A DNA stretch of 64,000 bases from Eledone cirrhosa. Taxonomy: Eukaryota. The stretch lies in the NCBI GenBank assembly GCA_964016885.1, contig OZ024759.1, forward strand, positions 31,434,001-31,498,000. Direction: 5' to 3'. The notes under the pieces were generated by a model. That model was given only the letters and a program-made list of their open reading frames with translations, was not told where the DNA came from and made no database searches. A program made the position numbers and the translations under genes. Below are positions 27,011 through 40,069 of this stretch, piece after piece (within the stretch, counting starts at the first letter, position 1; every line of letters begins with the position of its first letter).

Positions 27011-27413
27011 TATATATATATATATATATATAGTAATAATAATAAATGGGAAGACTAAAATCCGAAGAGGGCTCAATAAGGATTATATATATATATATAT
27101 ATATAAATGAAAGGTATAGAAAATAGAAAATAGAAAATATATATATATATAATTGAAAAAGTGAAGAATAACTTGCTCAAGGGATTTATTTTATACTGTA
27201 GACGATGTTATTCTTCACTTTTTCAATGATATTACTCCAAGATAAACTTACATAGGAATACAAGTGAAATCATGAACCTCTTGTTGGGTCAAACAACGCC
27301 GTACGCTAAAACTATCCATAATAAGAAGTATTCACAACCTCTAACTGGATTACCTATAACGATATCTTGTTATCCCTTATATATATATATATAAAACCGT
27401 AGAGCAAATATTT

Positions 27414-27537
27414 ATTAAAATAACAGATTAAAGTTTAAGCAAAGAATCGCTGCTTTCACCCTTCTGAAAGTTTCGGAAGTACTCGTTAAGGGTGAAAGCA
27501 GCGATTCTTTGCTTAAACTGTAATCTGTTATTTTAAT
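27414..27537 (+). mobile_element. TA-embedded hairpin with a degenerate hammerhead (27469-27519)
   Basis: About 50-bp inverted arms; AGTTT cggaagt ACTC gttaa GGGT GAAA GCA..TGC TT AAACT. Confidence 0.65.
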
Positions 27538-27552
27538 ATATATATATATATG

Positions 27553-27748
27553 CGTGTTGTGTTCTTGAGCAAAACAGTTCATTTCACGTTGCTCCAGTTT
27601 ACTCAGCTGAAAATGAGTACCAGCAATAGCTGGAGGTTTAACCCTGCGATGGACTGGCGTCCTGTTCCGGTGGAGTCTTGTACTCTCAGTCGCTTCATGC
27701 CATGAAACTGGGATAAGCTCCGGCCAAATGAGCCTTCTGGCTCAAGAC

Positions 27749-27750
<2 letters not shown>
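27553..27750 (+). mobile_element. CORE-like SINE family 2, 5'-truncated
   Basis: TGTGTTCTTGAGCAAAACA..TTCACGTTGCTCCAGTTTACTCAGCTGAAAATGAGTACC. Confidence 0.8.
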
Positions 27751-27803
<53 letters not shown>

Positions 27804-27805
<2 letters not shown>

Positions 27806-27992
27806 CGAATGAAATGTGTTAAGGAACCAAGTGGACCATAACGCACCAAAGTACTCAACACTTAGGGTAGTAGAGTGGGTAATAGGAACGAGTAGGACCC
27901 CGACGGCTGAGCTCAAGCCGTTTCGACGGCTAATTTAGTCCAGAATTAGCCGTCGAAACGGCTTGAGCTCAGCCGTCGGGGTCCTACTCGTT
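27804..27992 (-). mobile_element. Family A hairpin element
   Basis: Tail plus palindrome between TA tracts. Confidence 0.9.
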
Positions 27993-28006
27993 GCAATATA
28001 TATATG

Positions 28007-28059
<53 letters not shown>

Positions 28060-28643
28060 TTCTCTGGAAGAAATCGGAGTTAAGGGTGCACACATATACA
28101 CAATGTAACAAATTTCTCCGGAAAGGCAAAAGCCGATACAGTTCGGCATAAGAGACGACATCATAACTCATTTCTACAGCTAAGCAAACTGGAGCAACGT
28201 AAAAATAAGGTGCCTTGGTCAATGATGCATCGCATCACCCAGCCCGAGAATCGAACTCCAGCCCATGCTAGCGTGGAAGATGGACGTTAAACGACGATGA
28301 TGATGATGATGAAGATGATGATGTTCATGATGATGATCATGATGATGATGATGATGATGAATCTCTCGAAATGCAAGGCCAACGCTCTAACCACTAAGCC
28401 ATGCAGTTTCGAATGTAATTAGATATAGAAAACAATCCAAGATCTATCTGATTATTGTAGAGTTAAGATAACTATGAAGAGAAACTGTCATTTCTCTATC
28501 TAGTTCCTTAGATTCCATATTTAGAGACAGGAATGTGTGTTTAAGTCTACAGAATATTATCTAGTAATTCAATGTTGGCATGTTTAAGAGAGATTGTATT
28601 TTTAACGAAGTACATGTTATAATATATATATATATATATGTGT

Positions 28644-28675
<32 letters not shown>

Positions 28676-28762
28676 CTGTGTGTGCGCGTGTGTGTGTGTG
28701 TCTGTGTGTCTGTGTAGGTACTTATATATATAAATACATACACACATATATATATATACATA

Positions 28763-28831
<69 letters not shown>

Positions 28832-29043
28832 CCACACACATATATATATATGCACACACCCACACATATATATATGCACACACCCACACATATATATACA
28901 CACACTTACACATATATATATATACACACACACACACACATATATGCACACATACACACACACACAGTCACACACACACATATGTACACACACACATATA
29001 TATATATGCACACACCCACACATATATATACACACACCTACAC

Positions 29044-29074
<31 letters not shown>

Positions 29075-29212
29075 TATATGCACACATACACACACACACA
29101 CAGTCACACACACACATATGTACACACACACATATATATATTGTATAAGTATATATACAGACATACATTCAGTCACAGCCATATATATATATATGGAAGC
29201 ACCATTATACAC

Positions 29213-29246
<34 letters not shown>

Positions 29247-29248
<2 letters not shown>

Positions 29249-29400
29249 GAATGTGTACATGTATAGATTTGCTATAAATTGCTATATTATATATGTATGT
29301 ACGCCTGTATGAATATATATATATATATATATATACATACAGACGTACACATTTATATAATATAGCAATTTATAGCAAATCTATACATGTACACATTCGT
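29247..29400. repeat. Imperfect palindrome centred on a (TA)n tract
   Basis: ACGAATGTGTACATGTATAGATTTGCTATAAATTGC... and its reverse complement, with a few mismatches. Confidence 0.9.
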
Positions 29401-29728
29401 ATATTCACCTGCTTTTGGAATGTATAATACATATAATTATTTTAGATATCTATCCATCTATACTACGCTTGAATTAGCTATCACCCATGATGTCATTAGA
29501 TACGGATTGCTGTCAAATTATATAGGTGTAATACGTAATTTATCTCACACACTACTCCCAGATCGTTCTCTCTGGTGGCCGTATGGTGCAGTAATAGCTA
29601 TGTGGATATCTTAGCTTTCCCAACTACACAAATCCCTTGAGTGGGATTTACGACAGGGAAATACTTCGGAAATCTGTCTCACACATACACACACTCACAC
29701 ATACACACACTCTCACACACGTATATAT

Positions 29729-29763
<35 letters not shown>

Positions 29764-29768
29764 ATGGC

Positions 29769-29799
<31 letters not shown>

Positions 29800-29853
29800 T
29801 CTAACTATCTACCTACACCTGACTTCTGTTTTTTTTGTTTTATGCACAAACAT

Positions 29854-29968
<115 letters not shown>

Positions 29969-30185
29969 ATATATATATACGTATATATATGTATATATGT
30001 ATATACATATGTATGTATATATAATATGGACGAGGTGTCGAATTTTCACTACATTTATTGAGGTGTGACGCACGTTTCACGATTGATCAGCTCAAGGTTC
30101 AACTCTGGTACCAAAAGCTATTCAGATTTCTAATATCGTATTACACTCTGCTTATACCCTTATATATATATATATATATATATAT

Positions 30186-30470
30186 AGGAGGTGAGTTTTA
30201 TTGTAGTACAATAAAGCAATGCAAATATCGGATAAGTAGCACTCTACAGTTTGTACGACTGGAGTATAAATAATATAAGATCAAAAGATGATTAAAAGAG
30301 TTTCAAGTATTTTATTATGCGCATTTCAAAGACAAATATCATCATGGGATGATATCTGCGAGGCATGATATGAAGATTAAAAAACACTTGTGAGCAGTGA
30401 CGTTTTAAATCAACTCTTTGATTTAAAACTTCACTGCTCACAACTGTTTTGATCTTATATTATTTATCTA
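30186..30470 (-). mobile_element. TA-embedded element, family E (also 45295-45382 and 59407-59601)
   Basis: Shared AGGAGGTGAGTTTTATTGTAGTACAATAAAG end and ATGCGCATTTC; internal hairpin at about 30388-30443. Confidence 0.8.
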
Positions 30471-30509
<39 letters not shown>

Positions 30510-30998
30510 TTAGAAACACACAGATACATGCGGACACACACATATACATGAATGCATCCACACCCAACCGTGAGTTAATGGTGCCAACCTTACCGATGTT
30601 GCTCAATGAATAACTGGGACAGACCAATCCGGTTGAACCAGACTGAACCAGTATCAGAGTTAAAAATACATTATGAAGAGAGAAGAAACATTTAGATATA
30701 ATTAGTAATAAAATGTATCATACCTAAACTGCTCCTAGATTCCTCGACTACGTAGTTTCGTGGCATAAACAAAAACAATACATCATAAAGATATAGAGAC
30801 TTTGCGAGGTCTGCCGACTTATCAAGAGGATACCTCATTTTACTAGCTTCAAGAACGCGTCTACACGACGTAAGAAAGAATCCCAAAAGGCGGAGGGGGA
30901 GATAGTCACTCGATATAACGGTCGAGAAACAGAGCTAAGCCTCTTATAACCCCGAAGAAAATACCACGGAGGCGGAGGGGGTATTTATATCGAAGCCG

Positions 30999-31052
<54 letters not shown>

Positions 31053-31058
<6 letters not shown>

Positions 31059-31185
31059 TTGACGGCTGAGAGAAAGGAGTACTCAATACCGAAGTAGAGT
31101 TTAAATATTTATATTAAGGTTGAAAAGTGAGTCTTGATACTCTGGAGATTCGCCCGTTTATCCCAGGGTCATCAGACAAAATCTT
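31053..31185 (-). mobile_element. TA-adjacent element with a degenerate hammerhead (31133-31180) and TTGAGTAC tail
   Basis: Minus strand TTTGT CTGATGA CCC..GGGC GAAT CTC ca GAG TA TCAAG. Confidence 0.6.
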
Positions 31186-31479
31186 GTCTGATTATTACCC
31201 TGTAACAAACAAGCAAAACTCCAGAGTAACAAGACTCCGGGGTTGTGATAGACTTTAACCTTGCAATGAACTGGCGTCCGGTCCAGGGGGAAGTGGTGTA
31301 CTCTCGATGACTTCCAAACACGGAAAGCGGTGATGATCACCGGCCTGGTGAATTTCCAGGCTCGAGACAGACTTGACACATTCTCTTTTTAGAAATATTT
31401 TGCTCAATAATCACAACCTGACATCCTGACTAGGTTTCGAACTTGAGACCATATCATAATAAAAAGATACCCTCGTCTG

Positions 31480-31579
<100 letters not shown>

Positions 31580-31617
31580 ATATTAACAAATGGAAACTAT
31601 ATTTATAAAACCATAAT

Positions 31618-31682
31618 TATTTTATTATATATATTTCAAGGGCAACCAAGGCATACTTGGTGCGCTTTCATCAGATAAAATA
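31618..31682 (-). ncRNA. Minimal type I hammerhead ribozyme (left arm)
   Basis: TATTTTAT CTGATGA AAG..CCAAG..CTTGG..CTT GAAAT atat ATA ATAAAATA. Confidence 0.8.
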
Positions 31683-31802
31683 CAAGATTTGTTTTATAAA
31701 TATTGACATAACCGTGGAAAAACAACCTTGACGGTTGAAAGTTCAATGGATAGTCAAAGTTGTTTTTCCACGGTTATGTCAATATTTATGAAACAAATCT
31801 TG

Positions 31803-31867
31803 TATTTTATCTGATGAAAGCGCACCAAGATTGCCTTGGTTGCTCTTGAAATATATATAATAAAATA
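31803..31867 (+). ncRNA. Minimal type I hammerhead ribozyme (right arm)
   Basis: 8-bp stem I TATTTTAT/ATAAAATA, CTGATGA 31811-31817, GAAA 31848-31851, AUA triplet 31857-31859. Confidence 0.8.
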
Positions 31868-32018
31868 ATTATGGTTTTATAAATATAGTTTCCATTTATT
31901 AATATATTGAATATTTACTCCAATAACTTGTTGAGTGCTTTATATCAGTTATAAACTTTTAAGCTTGTTGGAATCCCAATAAATTAAATATAACTTCTGC
32001 ATATATATATATATATAT

Positions 32019-32197
32019 AAGTTTATCCCGGGTTCAATCAGGGGTAACCACAGTAAGTAAGGTACTCAATATAAAGCAGAGTATAAATATTTAATATATA
32101 AATGGCTTCTACAGGACTAGAACTGTTTCATTCGGGAGAAATCATCAGGCAGCCCTGATGATTTCTCCCGAATGAAATAGTCCTGTAGAAGCCATTT
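32019..32197 (-). mobile_element. Family B hairpin element; hammerhead core intact on the minus strand (32104-32154)
   Basis: GGCTGC CTGATGA TTTC tccc GAAT GAAAC AG ttctagtc CT GTA GAAGCC. Confidence 0.85.
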
Positions 32198-32218
32198 ATA
32201 TATATATATATATATATA

Positions 32219-32430
32219 TTTGGGGAGGGTTATATTGTTATAGTATTGCCAGAAATAATAATAGAACACACTCACTGTTTGGTTTGGGTTGGTTTTCGCT
32301 TCTGTATCTTTTATATCTCCAAAGTTAATCTCCAATGTTTATCATTAAATAAAAATTAAATAAAAATGGCGGGAGGAAACATAATAGTACCACTGTTGAT
32401 TTCACAGATGTGTGACGAAAGAAGTTTGAT

Positions 32431-32497
<67 letters not shown>

Positions 32498-32945
32498 GCT
32501 TTGATTTACCGATTAATGGTGAAATATATTTCTTTAATGAGATATATACAAGGAAGATTAATCATTTTAAAAGGTTTCTATATTTGAAGTTCTAGTTAAA
32601 CTTTAATTAGTTACCTACCTAGCTGTGTGTGCTTGCACACTTTACAAATTATCCCCTGTGTTTATTTTAGATATATATATATGTCAAGCAATTTCTAGTT
32701 TATATAAGTTATAATATATATTCATATCTGTATTTTTAACCGCTTGTCAATCAATGATAAACATTGTTTGCCAATAACTATGGAGATATAAAAGATACAG
32801 AAGCAAAAACCAACCCAAACCAAACAGTGAGTGTGTTCTGTCATTATTTCTGGCATTATTACAACAATATGACCATCCCCAAATATAACAATATTTGTTT
32901 CAACACACGATTTCATATCAAAAACCTTGCAAAACAAATTCATAT
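32219..32945. mobile_element. Family F inverted pair (32219-32346 and 32752-32945)
   Basis: About 125-bp inverted arms; the ATGACC.TCCC.AAA...GTTTCAACACACG tail is shared with 44617-44818 and 45810-45932. Confidence 0.75.
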
Positions 32946-33646
32946 GCATATATTCTATAATTCTGAGATATTTACCGAATTATTTCCATACGGTTGATGC
33001 TATTATATTTTAATACCCTTAGGTATGGAGTACTAATGGAATTTAGTAATGTATAATTATATATATATATATATATATATATACACGTGTGTGCATGTGT
33101 ATATATTTATATACACACACGCACATATATGAGTAAATATCTCTCCCTATCTTTCTCTTCTTCTCTATCTCTCTACACACACGTGTGCTTTCTCCCTCTT
33201 TCTCTCACCCATACACCAACACATGCTCTCTCACTCCCTCTGTCTTTCTGGAAGACATCGTCTGTGTTCAAACATGGTGAATGATGGACTCCTTTAATTT
33301 TAAATACCCCCAGGAGAGCGCCGTATATCACTACGACGTTCCTATCACTCAATCTGGAGTGGTGGGCACGTGTATGTATGTATGTATGTATGTATGTATG
33401 TATGTATGTATGTATGTATGTATGCATGTATGTATGTATGAATGTGTATATGTATGTGTGTGTGTATGTGTATGTGTGTGTGTATGTATGTAGATATGTA
33501 TATATGTATGTATGTATATTTATATGTATTTATGTATGTATGTATGTATGTATATATGTATGTATGTATGTTTATATGTACAAATGTATGTATGTTTATA
33601 TGTATGTATATATGTTTATATGTATGTATATATGTTTATATGTATG

Positions 33647-33687
<41 letters not shown>

Positions 33688-33701
33688 ATATGTATGTATG
33701 C

Positions 33702-33769
<68 letters not shown>

Positions 33770-33860
33770 GTATGTATGTATATATATGTATGTATGCATG
33801 TATATTTATATATTTATATATGTATATATGTATATATGTATGTATATATATATATATATG

Positions 33861-33942
<82 letters not shown>

Positions 33943-33943
33943 C

Positions 33944-34001
<58 letters not shown>

Positions 34002-34005
34002 ATGT

Positions 34006-34036
<31 letters not shown>

Positions 34037-34090
34037 TATGTATATATGTATATATGTATGTATGTATATATATATATATATATGTATGTA

Positions 34091-34121
<31 letters not shown>

Positions 34122-34785
34122 ATATGTATGGATGGACGGATATATGTGTGTATTGATACCCTATATGAAGAATTCTACACATCTCACTCCTAAAACACCC
34201 AGTAATTAGGTACCACTATTATATTGAGTAACTTTGATCATTTGATCGATCACTTGACTGATCGCTTCACAGATTTATCGATTTATTGACCAAATTTTAT
34301 TGATTGATTGGATGGTTTTGTCTACCTCTATATAATGTCTCAGAAAATATAACGCAATGATGCCTAACTAAGTCCCTGTGTTGTAGTTGTGGTTGTTATT
34401 GTTGTTGTTGTTGTTACATACTGTCCTTTTATTAGTTCCAGACCTTGGATTGCGGTCATGCTGGGTTGCGGCCATGCTGGGTCACCGCCAACATGAACTT
34501 AGGTAATCATATTGATCCAAGCATAGAGTTTTTCTATCTCATTTTGTCTCGAAACGTTAAGTGACGGGATATAAACACAAACTGACACACAGTCATACAC
34601 ATACACTCAGACACACACACACACACACATATATATGGACACACAAAGACACACACAGGCATGGACGCACTCAGACATACACACAAACACACACAAAAAG
34701 ACATGGTCAAACACACACACAGAGACATAAGCACATACAGTCACACACATACATGGACATACAGTCACACACATACATTAGTGAA

Positions 34786-34915
34786 GGCGCATGGTTTAGT
34801 GGTTAGAGGATTGGGCTTGCAATCGAAAGGTTGTGAGTTCGATTCTCGGACCGGGTGATGTGTTGTTTCCTTGAGCAAGACACTTTATTTCAGTTTACTC
34901 AGCTGTAGAAATGAG
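34786..34915 (+). mobile_element. CORE-like SINE family 2, 5' part with tRNA-like head
   Basis: GGCGCATGGTTTAGTGGTTAGAG..GAGTTCGATTCTC..CTTGAGCAAGACACTT. Confidence 0.8.
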
Positions 34916-34929
34916 ATGATAGAACCGAG

Positions 34930-35163
34930 GTCCTTATCATTAAATCACCCAAGACACCTCCAACGAGATATACCTTGGAGGAGGCCAGCTAAACCTGCAT
35001 GCATAGGTGTGAGTCCTTATCATTAAATCCCTCTCCAACGAGATATACCTTGGAGGAGGCCAGCTAAACCTGCATGCATAGGTGTGAGTCCTTATCATTA
35101 AATCACTCTCCAACGAGATATACCTTGGAGGAGGCCAGCTAAACCTGCATGCATAGGTGTGAG
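34930..35163. repeat. 75-bp tandem repeat, three copies
   Basis: GTCCTTATCATTAAATC..CTCCAACGAGATATACCTTGGAGGAGGCCAGCTAAACCTGCATGCATAGGTGT. Confidence 0.95.
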
Positions 35164-35424
35164 CTGTAACAACAACAACAACAACAACAACAACATACAT
35201 GAACACATACACATACATACACACAAAGATATACACAGACATGGATACACAGAAATACATATACACAGACACTAAGATACAAACACTCTAAGACATACAC
35301 TAAGACATACACGCACTAAATCATAGACATACTAAGACATACAGCAACCACACACAAAGATATATAAACTATATAATATAGTAGAAAATACTGTGGACAT
35401 GTGGTTAGAATGTCTCAGGAAAGA

Positions 35425-36055
35425 ACCTCTGGACAGATGTTATGGGCACAACCAACCGGCATGTGACCCAGGGGTAGACCCCGAGCAAGATGGTTGGGTA
35501 ACATCCATGAGCTTGCCTTGGTCTCGCTTGGGGATCCAGCGGGATCAGTTGGAGACGGTTGCTTCTGACAGGTACCGCTGGAGGGAGCGTTTGATGACTT
35601 TGAAGCCCTCGACCCTGTCAGGAGTAAGTGGGAGAAGAAGAAGAAGAAGAAGAAGAAGAAGAAGAAGAAGAAGAAGAAGAAGAAGAAGAAGAAGAAGAAG
35701 AAGAAGAAGAAAGAAAGAAAAGAAAAAGAAAAAGAAGAAAAAGAAGAAGAAGAAAAAGAAGAAAAAGAAGAAAAAGAAGAAAAAGAAGAAAAAGAAAAAG
35801 AAGAAGAAGAAGAAGAAGAAGAAGAAGAAGAAGAAGAAGAAGAAGAAGAAGAAGAAAAGAAGAAGAAGAAAAGAAGAAGAAGAAGAAAAAGAAGAAGAAG
35901 AAGAAGAAGAAGAAGAAAAGAAGAAGGAGAAGAAGAAGAAGAAGAAGAAGAAGAAGAAGAAGAAGAAGAAGAAGAAGAAGAAGAAGAAGAAAAAAAAGAA
36001 AAAGAAAAAGAAAAAGAAAAAAGAAAGGAAAAAGAAGAAGAAGAAGAAGAAGAAG

Positions 36056-36085
<30 letters not shown>
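35425..36085 (+). mobile_element. RTE-type LINE 3' end with an expanded (GAA)n tail (35633-36085)
   Basis: PRGRPRARWLGNI and LGIQRDQLETVASDRYRWR; a homologue lies on the minus strand at 58601-58790. Confidence 0.75.
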
Positions 36086-36086
<1 letters not shown>

Positions 36087-36203
36087 CAGCCCGTATAGAG
36101 GGTCTTGAACCACGAAATAAACTCCGTGAATGTAAACTAAACTCCGTTACCACACAGCCATGGTTGCTTCTAGTGTGCATTTGTTTGGATTGTTGTTGTT
36201 GTT

Positions 36204-37507
36204 GGGCGGTGGATTGGCAGTATCGATGGAGGGTCGGACACCATGCTAGGGTGGTGGATTGGCAGTATCGGTGGAGGGTCGGACACCATGCTAGGGCGGT
36301 GGATTGGCAGTATCGATGGAGGGTCGGACACCATGCTAGGGTGGTGGATTGGCAGTATCGATGGAGGGTCGGACACCATGCTAGGGTGGTGGATTGGCAG
36401 TATCGATGGAGGGTCGGACACCATGCTAGGGCGGTGGATTGGCAGTATCGGTGGAGGGTCGGACACCATGCTAGGGTGGTGGATTGGCAGTATCGGTGGA
36501 GGGTCGGACACCATGCTAGGGTGGTGGATTGGCAGTATCGATGGAGGGTCGGACACCATGCTAGGGTGGTGGATTGGCAGTATCGATGGAGGGTCGGACA
36601 CCATGCTAGGGCGGTGGATTGGCAGTATCGGTGGAGGGTCGGACACCATGCTAGGGTGGTGGATTGGCAGTATCGGTGGAGGGTCGGACACCATGCTAGG
36701 GTGGTGGATTGGCAGTATCGATGGAGGGTCGGACACCATGCTAGGGCGGTGGATTGGCAGTATCGATGGAGGGTCGGACACCATGCTAGGGTGGTGGATT
36801 GGCAGTATCGGTGGAGGGTCGGACACCATGCTAGGGTGGTGGATTGGCAATATCGATGGAGGGTCGGACACCATGCTAGGGCGGTGGATTGGCAGTATCG
36901 ATGGAGGGTCGGACACCATGCTAGGGCGGTGGATTGGCAGTATCGGTGGAGGGTCGGACACCATGCTAGGGTGGTGGATTGGCAGTATCGATGGAGGGTC
37001 GGACACCATGCTAGGGTGGTGGATTGGCAGTATCGGTGGAGGGTCGGACACCATGCTAGGGTGGTGGATTGGCAGTATCGATGGAGGGTCGGACACCATG
37101 CTAGGGCGGTGGATTGGCAGTATCGATGGAGGGTCGGACACCATGCTAGGGCGTTGGATTGGCAGTATCGATGGAGGGTCGGACACCATGCTAGGGTGGT
37201 GGATTGGCAGTATCGGTGGAGGGTCGGACACCATGCTAGGGCGGTGGATTGGCAGTATCGATGGAGGGTCGGACACCATGCTAGGGCGGTGGATTGGCAG
37301 TATCGATGGAGGGTCGGACACCATGCTAGGGCGGTGGATTGGCAGTATCGGTGGAGGGTCGGACACCATGCTAGGGCGGTGGATTGGCAGTATCGATGGA
37401 GGGTCGGACACCATGCTAGGGCGGTGGATTGGCAGTATCGATGGAGGGTCGGACGCCATGCTAGGGTGGTGGATTGGCAGTATCGGTGGAGGGTCGGACA
37501 CCATGCT
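36204..37507 (+). repeat. 45-bp tandem array (about 29 units) made of the SINE family 1 head
   Basis: GGYGGTGGATTGGCAGTATCGRTGGAGGGTCGGACACCATGCTAG; the last unit continues into a full SINE. Confidence 0.97.
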
Positions 37508-37657
37508 TTGCAGCGAAGAGTTACGGCCCTTTGTGGTCTGAGTTCAAATCCCCCCGAGGTTAACTTTGCCTTTCATCCTTACGGGGGTCGAAAAAATAAA
37601 GTACCAGTAATACACTGGGATAATTGCTGGCCTTGTGCCTGAAGTAGAAACAATTAT
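37464..37657 (+). mobile_element. Full SINE family 1 terminating the array
   Basis: Consensus body and tail. Confidence 0.9.
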
Positions 37658-37921
37658 AATTGTTGTTGTTATTGTTATTGTTGTCGTTATTGTTGTCGTT
37701 GTTATTGTTGTTCTCATAGTTGTTGTTGTTGTTGTTGTTGTTATTTTTGTTGTTGTCGTTATTGTTGTTGTCGTTGTTGTTGTTGTTCTCGTAGTTGTTG
37801 TTGTCGTTGTTGTTGTTGTTATTTTTGTTGTTGTCGTTATTGTTGTTGTCGTTGTTGTTGTTGTTCTCGTAGTTGTTGTTGTTGTCGTTGTTGTTGTTCT
37901 TATTTTTGTTGTTGTCGTTAT

Positions 37922-37955
<34 letters not shown>

Positions 37956-38516
37956 ATTTTTGTTGTTGTCGTTATTGTTGTTGTTGTCGTTGTTGTTATT
38001 TTTGCTGTTGTTGTCGTTGTTGTTGTTATTTTTGCTGTTGTCGTCGTTATTGTTGTTGTTGTTGTTGTTGTTGTTTCATTTATATTAGTTTTGTTATTTT
38101 TCATATATTTTTTTTTAGTGTTCTGTTCTTTGGTGGGGGTGGGAGGAGTTTGGGTTAGAAAGTTGTTAGAACATTTTGTTAGGGGTTCTATGGAGACTCG
38201 TGTGTAAAACCTTATCTACTGAGGCTTTGTGCATATAACCAATACAACAACAACTACAATAACAACAACTGACCAATACTGCTACAATAACAGCCAATAC
38301 AACAACTACAACAACAATAACAACAATGACCAATACTACTACTACTACTACAACTACAACAACAGCAACCACAGCAACAACAACAACAGCCACAACAACA
38401 ACTATAAGAAACAACAATAACGACTAACACTAATTAATACTACTACAACAAAAACAACAACCACAACATCAACAACCACAACAACTACAACCACAACAAC
38501 AACAATGACCAATACT

Positions 38517-38555
<39 letters not shown>

Positions 38556-38712
38556 TATATATAGTGAGCAACACATGAGGTGAGGTAAAGTAAATGATTT
38601 CAAACGCTGTTACCTAGCAACACATATTCCTTGATATATTACTAGCGGTATATGTGTGTATGTGTGTATGTCTATATATGTATGTCTATGTGAGTGGTTG
38701 GGTGTGTATATG

Positions 38713-38765
<53 letters not shown>

Positions 38766-38767
<2 letters not shown>

Positions 38768-38843
38768 GGGTGTCCCGAAAAAATGTATACTCTTTTATTA
38801 GAATACTGTTGAAGTGTGGTATATATTTTTTGGAGACATCCTC
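38766..38843. mobile_element. Tc1/mariner-like MITE (also 48137-48235 and 49382-49458)
   Basis: TIRs CAGG.TGTCCC.AAAA..TATAC and their reverse complement; TA-flanked, 80-100 bp. Confidence 0.75.
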
Positions 38844-39712
38844 TATATATGTACCTGTGTATGTATGGGGGCAGTGTATATGATATGTATATGTACATGT
38901 GTGTGTATATATGTATGTAGGTATATATATACACATCAATCCATACATATATATATAAATATATATATATAAATACACACATACAGATACACATATCCAT
39001 ACATGTATATATATTGACTCATCCATACTTATATACATCCGCATAGATATACATCCATACATATACATACACACACACACATATCCATCCATCCACACAC
39101 ATATATATGTATATACATGCATATATATATATATACATGGATATATATACATATGCATGTATATACATGCATATATATATACATATATAGCCACATCCAC
39201 ACATCCATACATATACACACACACATATCCATCCATCCCAACATGTCTGTGTGTATGTGTATGTGTATGTATGTATGTGTGTATGTATGTATGTGTGAGT
39301 GTATGTGTGTATGTATGTATGTATGTGTGTATGTATGTATGTATGTATGTGTGTGTATGTGTGTGTATGTATATGTATGTATGTGTGTATGCATGTATGT
39401 GTGTATGTGTGTGTGTATGCATGTATGTGTATGCATATGTATGTATGTATGTGTGTATATGTATGTGTGTGTGTGTATTTGTATGTGTGTGTGTATATGT
39501 AGTATATGTATGTATGTGTGTATGTATGTATGTGTATGTATATGTATGTATGTATGTATGTGTGTATGTATGTATGTGTATGTATATGTATGTATGTATG
39601 TGTGTATATGTATGTGTGTGTATATGTAGGTATGTATGTGTGTGTATGTATATGTGTGTGTGTGTATGTGTGTATGTATATGTATGTGTGTGTGTATATG
39701 TATGTATGTATG

Positions 39713-39745
<33 letters not shown>

Positions 39746-39762
39746 ATGTATATATGTATGTA

Positions 39763-39811
<49 letters not shown>

Positions 39812-40026
39812 AGCCAGCTACAGGTTGCTGTGACAAATGTATGTATGTGTGTATGTGTGTGTGTGTGTGTGTGTAGCCAGCTACGGGTTGCTGTGACAAA
39901 TGTATATATGTATGTGTGTGTATATGTATGTATGTATGTATGTATGTGTGTGTGTGTATGTATGTATGTGTATGTATATATATATGTATGTATGTATGTG
40001 TGTGTGTATATGTATGTATGTGTATA

Positions 40027-40069
<43 letters not shown>

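Noticed and set aside
30948-31000. CCGAAGA AAATACC..GGTATTT..GAAGC
   Set aside because: Two core deviations and no adjacent stem I.
34786-34855. tRNA gene
   Set aside because: It continues into a CORE-like SINE body and lacks a full acceptor stem.
36204-37507. CRISPR-like array
   Set aside because: There are no unique spacers and no cas genes; the unit is SINE-derived.
35393-37642. 749-aa ORF
   Set aside because: It is a concatenation of a LINE end, a GAA tract and the SINE-head array, with no domain-like sequence.
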